Of a stretch of 32,000 bases of DNA, positions 28,616 through 32,000 are shown piece after piece (within the stretch, counting starts at the first letter, position 1; every line of letters begins with the position of its first letter). The notes beneath the pieces were generated by a model, which saw only the letters and a list, made by a program, of their open reading frames with translations, did no database searches and had not been told where the DNA came from. This DNA is from Fastidiosibacter lacustris (GTDB taxonomy: Bacteria > Pseudomonadota > Gammaproteobacteria > Francisellales > Francisellaceae). The position numbers and the translations under genes are program-made. The DNA is taken from contig NZ_QLIR01000004.1 of assembly GCF_003428155.1 (NCBI RefSeq), forward strand, positions 90,001-122,000, given 5' to 3'.

Positions 28616-29378
28616 TTACTATCCGTTATCGGATTTACTTCATGTCATGCAGGTGATGCGTGATGAAGAAAAAGGATGTGCTTGGACAAGGTCACAAACT
28701 TGGTATTCATTAACGGAACACACCTTAGAAGAAGCATATGAATTGGTCGATGCGATTGAGCACAAAAATGCAATTGACGTTAAATACGAGCTTGCTGATC
28801 TATTAAATCAAGTAATTTTTTATGCCCAAATTGCGAAAGAGCAAAAACTATTTGATTTTAATGATATCGTTCATGTTTTAACGGATAAACTCATTCGACG
28901 TCATCCGGATGTTTTTGGCGATGGTCAAATACGAGAAATTGAACTATTGGAAAAACAATGGCAACAAATCAAGCAAAAAGAGCGTGGTGAGCGCCAAAGT
29001 GAACTTGATGAGATTGCACTTAACTTACCTGCGTTAAGTATGGCAAAAAAATTACAGATGAGAGCTTCAGCTGTAGGTTTTGACTGGGATAATATTGAGG
29101 ATGTCTTTGATAAACTGGTCAGTGAAGTCAATGAACTTAAACAAGTACTAAAAGTAGATGAAAAAAAAGCACAAGAAGAATTGGGAGATTTAATGTTTAG
29201 TTGTGTAAATTTAGCACGCCATTTAAAAGCAGATCCCGAAATGCTTTTGCGTGGGGCAAATAAAAAATTCGAACGGCGTTTTCGCGGTATTGAAATTGCT
29301 TTAAAAGAAAAAAAACGCCATATACGTGATGTAAGTCTTGATGAGTTAAATGCACTGTGGGAAGCTCAAAAAAAGTGA
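28605..29378 (+). CDS. mazG: Nucleoside triphosphate pyrophosphohydrolase MazG
   Basis: LLHVMQVMRDEEKGCAWTRSQTWYSLTEHTLEEAYELVDAIE...VKYELADLLNQVIFYAQIA; C-terminal KKFERRFRGIE. Confidence 0.95.
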   Translation: MSSDYYPLSDLLHVMQVMRDEEKGCAWTRSQTWYSLTEHTLEEAYELVDAIEHKNAIDVKYELADLLNQVIFYAQIAKEQKLFDFNDIVHVLTDKLIRRHPDVFGDGQIREIELLEKQWQQIKQKERGERQSELDEIALNLPALSMAKKLQMRASAVGFDWDNIEDVFDKLVSEVNELKQVLKVDEKKAQEELGDLMFSCVNLARHLKADPEMLLRGANKKFERRFRGIEIALKEKKRHIRDVSLDELNALWEAQKK

Positions 29379-29391
29379 TAAGTAGCAGATA

Positions 29392-30876
29392 ATGAAGAAT
29401 ATTAATTATTTCACTTTTTTAAACAATCGACTGTCAATTCAGAAATTTTTGAGTATTTGTCTTATTTTATTGATTACTTGTTCAATCTTTATTTTAGGGA
29501 TTTTCAATTATTATAAAATGCGTCAACAAAATGAAGATTTGTTTAAAATGCAGATGGTTAATAGTGCGAATGCAATTGATGCTTTGTTATCTGCAGCAGT
29601 AAAAGATAGTTCTAAGCGTCAACTTAGTGATTTGTTGAAATCTAATTCATTGACCATGCTTGATAACATCGCTGATAACCTAAAGCCAAAAGTTGCGCAA
29701 TTTGATAATGTTTATCAAGACTCATTTGCTTTTCAAGTTTATGATCGACGCAATGGTAATCTATTGTTGCATTCTACTGGCTCGCCAGAGATGTCAACTT
29801 TTCAAAAAGGTACATTAGATACTTTTCAAACCATGAACTTAAAAACAGCAAAAGGTATGCAAGCATGGAATATGTTTAGTATCAATAGTCGTTACCAACC
29901 TTATCGTATTGTGGTTTTGGTGAGCTCTGACTTCAAGCATCAGATGTTTTTAAATCTATTTCGTAGTGCGATATGGGATTTAGTTATCTTGTACGTATTT
30001 TTATTGTTTTCGATATTTGTTATTGTGCAATTAGCCTTGCGTCCACTATCGGATATTCGTCGTGCTATTGCGGTAAAAGATCCACGTAAACCGGAACCCA
30101 TTGCCATTAAAACTGCACCACCTGAAGTGCTACCACTTTTAAATCAGCTGAATACTTTGTTTCAAAAAATTAGCAAGGTACTAGACCGTGAAAAGCGCTT
30201 TGCTAGTGATGCTGCACATGAGCTTAAAACACCGCTTGCTGCACTTAAAACTCAGGCAGAAGTAGCTCTAAACTTAAATGATATAGATGAAATCAAAAAA
30301 AAGATTGCGAATATCATCAGTGGAGCAGATCGCTATTTTTATATTATTGATCAACTTTTAACCTTAAGTCGCTTAGAACCACAACAAGACTTACCCAATA
30401 AACAGCAAGTCAATGCAAATATTGTAGCTGAGAATCAACTAGCAGATTTAGCGTTGTTAGCGCTGCATAAAAACATTGATTTACAATTTATGCCAAGCAA
30501 AGAGTCTGCCTATGTTTTTGCTAGCGAAGCACTACTTGGTGTCCTTTTTCGAAACCTCATTGATAATGCAATTCGCTATACGCAAGCCTCAGGTAAGGTG
30601 ACCTTATATAGTTATGTCACTAAAGACACAGTGATTTTTGAAGTCGTCGATAATGGCATAGGTATAGCAGAAGATAAGCAAAAAAGGATTTTTGATCGAT
30701 TTTATCGAGAAGTCGGGACAGGTCAGGCTGGAAGTGGTTTAGGCTTATCAATTGCAAAGGAAATTGTGCGTTTACATGATGGTCAAATTAGTGCCCGCAC
30801 ATCAGAAGGTGGGCAGGGATTGACTCTAATGGTAAGCTTTCCTTATTGCAAGGTTACAACACTAATATCTACATAA
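29392..30876 (+). CDS. Two-component sensor histidine kinase, QseC/PmrB-like
   Basis: 494 aa; two TM helices, H-box RFASDAAHELKTPLAALKTQAEVALN, N-box NLIDNAIRYTQ, VVDNGIGIA, GSGLGLSIAKEIV. Confidence 0.93.
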   Translation: MKNINYFTFLNNRLSIQKFLSICLILLITCSIFILGIFNYYKMRQQNEDLFKMQMVNSANAIDALLSAAVKDSSKRQLSDLLKSNSLTMLDNIADNLKPKVAQFDNVYQDSFAFQVYDRRNGNLLLHSTGSPEMSTFQKGTLDTFQTMNLKTAKGMQAWNMFSINSRYQPYRIVVLVSSDFKHQMFLNLFRSAIWDLVILYVFLLFSIFVIVQLALRPLSDIRRAIAVKDPRKPEPIAIKTAPPEVLPLLNQLNTLFQKISKVLDREKRFASDAAHELKTPLAALKTQAEVALNLNDIDEIKKKIANIISGADRYFYIIDQLLTLSRLEPQQDLPNKQQVNANIVAENQLADLALLALHKNIDLQFMPSKESAYVFASEALLGVLFRNLIDNAIRYTQASGKVTLYSYVTKDTVIFEVVDNGIGIAEDKQKRIFDRFYREVGTGQAGSGLGLSIAKEIVRLHDGQISARTSEGGQGLTLMVSFPYCKVTTLIST

Positions 30877-31009
30877 GGGCGAAGCGTTGGGCAAGTAGCA
30901 AGGGTCGCGTGTATGGGATGACGATAGACTTGGCTTAAGGTTGAAAGCACTTATTAATCAATGTTAGGATGGTTTTTATGAATCAGGATAGAAAAGAGAA
31001 ATAAGCACG

Positions 31010-32000
31010 ATGAAAAACACGAGTTTTAAGATTTGTGATGTTAATGTATCTCCTGGGGAAAAAGCAACTTTGGCACTCCCATTACCAGAGCAGTATTCCT
31101 GTTCCCCGATGTATATGCCAATAAAAGTGATCAATGGACAACAAAAAGGTGAGTGCTTGTTGGTGTTTGCGATGACAGATGGCAATGAGTTTAACGGTTT
31201 GGAAATCGTTAACCAGTTGTTTGATGATATATCAGCGAATGAAATAGCAGGAACACTCATTACCATTCCAGTATTAAACGTTTATGGTTTAGCGCATTTT
31301 CCTGAGTTCACACCAAATGGTATGAAGCTAAGTGACTGGTTTCCAGGAGATGAAAATGGTAATTTTGGTGAACGCATTGCACATGTATTCACTCATGAAA
31401 TACTAAAAAAAGTGAATTATTGTATAGAGCTGCAAACTGGCTCACTTAATCATGAAATTTTGCCGCAAGTATATTGTAATTTTGATAGTAAAGAAGCAAG
31501 AAAACTTGCTCGAGCTTTCCAAGCGCCCGTTATTACTGAAGTGGAAACAAAAATAAGTAGCCTAAGAATGACAGCAGAGAACCTAAACGTTCCAGTATTA
31601 GTATATGAAGCAGGTGAAGCCATGCGTTTTGATCAGCAAGCAATTCAAGTCGGTTTAGTGGGTGTGAAAAATGTTATGCGTACACTTAAAATGCTAGAGG
31701 GAGCAGTGAGTGAGAGTATTGCTTTAGTCTTCTCTAAGGATGATGATTGGATTATTTCCTCCTCATCTGGCGTGTTGCATAGCGATGTGTCTCTTGGTGA
31801 GTCGATTACAAAAGGAGAAAAAATTGGTAGACTGTCTGACCCATTTAGTAATGAAAATGCAACGATTATCAAATCCGACCTGGATGGTGTGATCGTTGGA
31901 ATTAACCGTTCACCTTTGATACAGGAAGGCACGTCTATTTTTAAAGTTGCATCTTTCGTCGACAATGAAAAAGCCAAAGCCATATTGGAAGAATGGCAGG
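31010..32000 (+). CDS. Succinylglutamate desuccinylase/aspartoacylase (AstE/AspA) family protein, truncated by the window end
   Basis: DGNEFNGLEIVNQLFD, ITIPVLNVYGLAHFPEFTPNGMKLSDWFPGDENGNFGERIAH, IELQTGSLNHEILPQVYCNF, LVYEAGEAMRFDQQAIQVGLVGVKNVMRTLKML; open to the window edge so absent from the ORF track. Confidence 0.85.
   Translation, partial: MKNTSFKICDVNVSPGEKATLALPLPEQYSCSPMYMPIKVINGQQKGECLLVFAMTDGNEFNGLEIVNQLFDDISANEIAGTLITIPVLNVYGLAHFPEFTPNGMKLSDWFPGDENGNFGERIAHVFTHEILKKVNYCIELQTGSLNHEILPQVYCNFDSKEARKLARAFQAPVITEVETKISSLRMTAENLNVPVLVYEAGEAMRFDQQAIQVGLVGVKNVMRTLKMLEGAVSESIALVFSKDDDWIISSSSGVLHSDVSLGESITKGEKIGRLSDPFSNENATIIKSDLDGVIVGINRSPLIQEGTSIFKVASFVDNEKAKAILEEWQ

Noticed and set aside
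30877-31009. tRNA or structured RNA in the sensor-kinase/AstE-like spacer
   Set aside because: GC-richer stretch gcgaagcgttgggcaagtagcaagggtcgcg does not fold into a cloverleaf or another recognised RNA by eye.

Overview
This 32 kb window is from a low-GC gammaproteobacterium-like chromosome. A core block (F1Fo ATP synthase atpF-H-A-G-D-C, an amino-acid kinase, ssb, a D-Ala-D-Ala dipeptidase) leads into an accessory region of about 10.2-21.2 kb. That region holds a methyltransferase, a very large (2026 aa) predicted surface lipoprotein with Ig/PKD-like repeats and two C-terminal Lcl/DUF1566-type domains, two small secreted single-domain Lcl paralogs, a YhcG/DUF1016-family PD-(D/E)XK nuclease and a MazEF/ChpSB-like toxin-antitoxin pair. 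Core genes resume after it: pcm-like, tolC-like, YqhA-like, sufE-like, hemD-hemX-hemY-gloB-mazG, an orphan QseC-like sensor kinase, and a truncated AstE/AspA-family protein with substituted zinc-ligand positions. The best leads are: (1) the four-copy Lcl/DUF1566 array with a recent in-frame 309-bp internal duplication; (2) a solo IS200/IS605 (TnpB/omegaRNA-like) right-end hairpin with no tnpB; (3) a decayed metB-like gene fragment directly upstream of the aspartokinase-like gene; (4) the apparently metal-ligand-deficient AstE/AspA-like protein at the right edge; (5) a small SD-led ORF that may be a toxin-antitoxin remnant beside YhcG and MazEF. I found no CRISPR array, tRNA, rRNA, reverse transcriptase or intact transposase. 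All calls come from reading the sequence and recalling family motifs. No database search was run.
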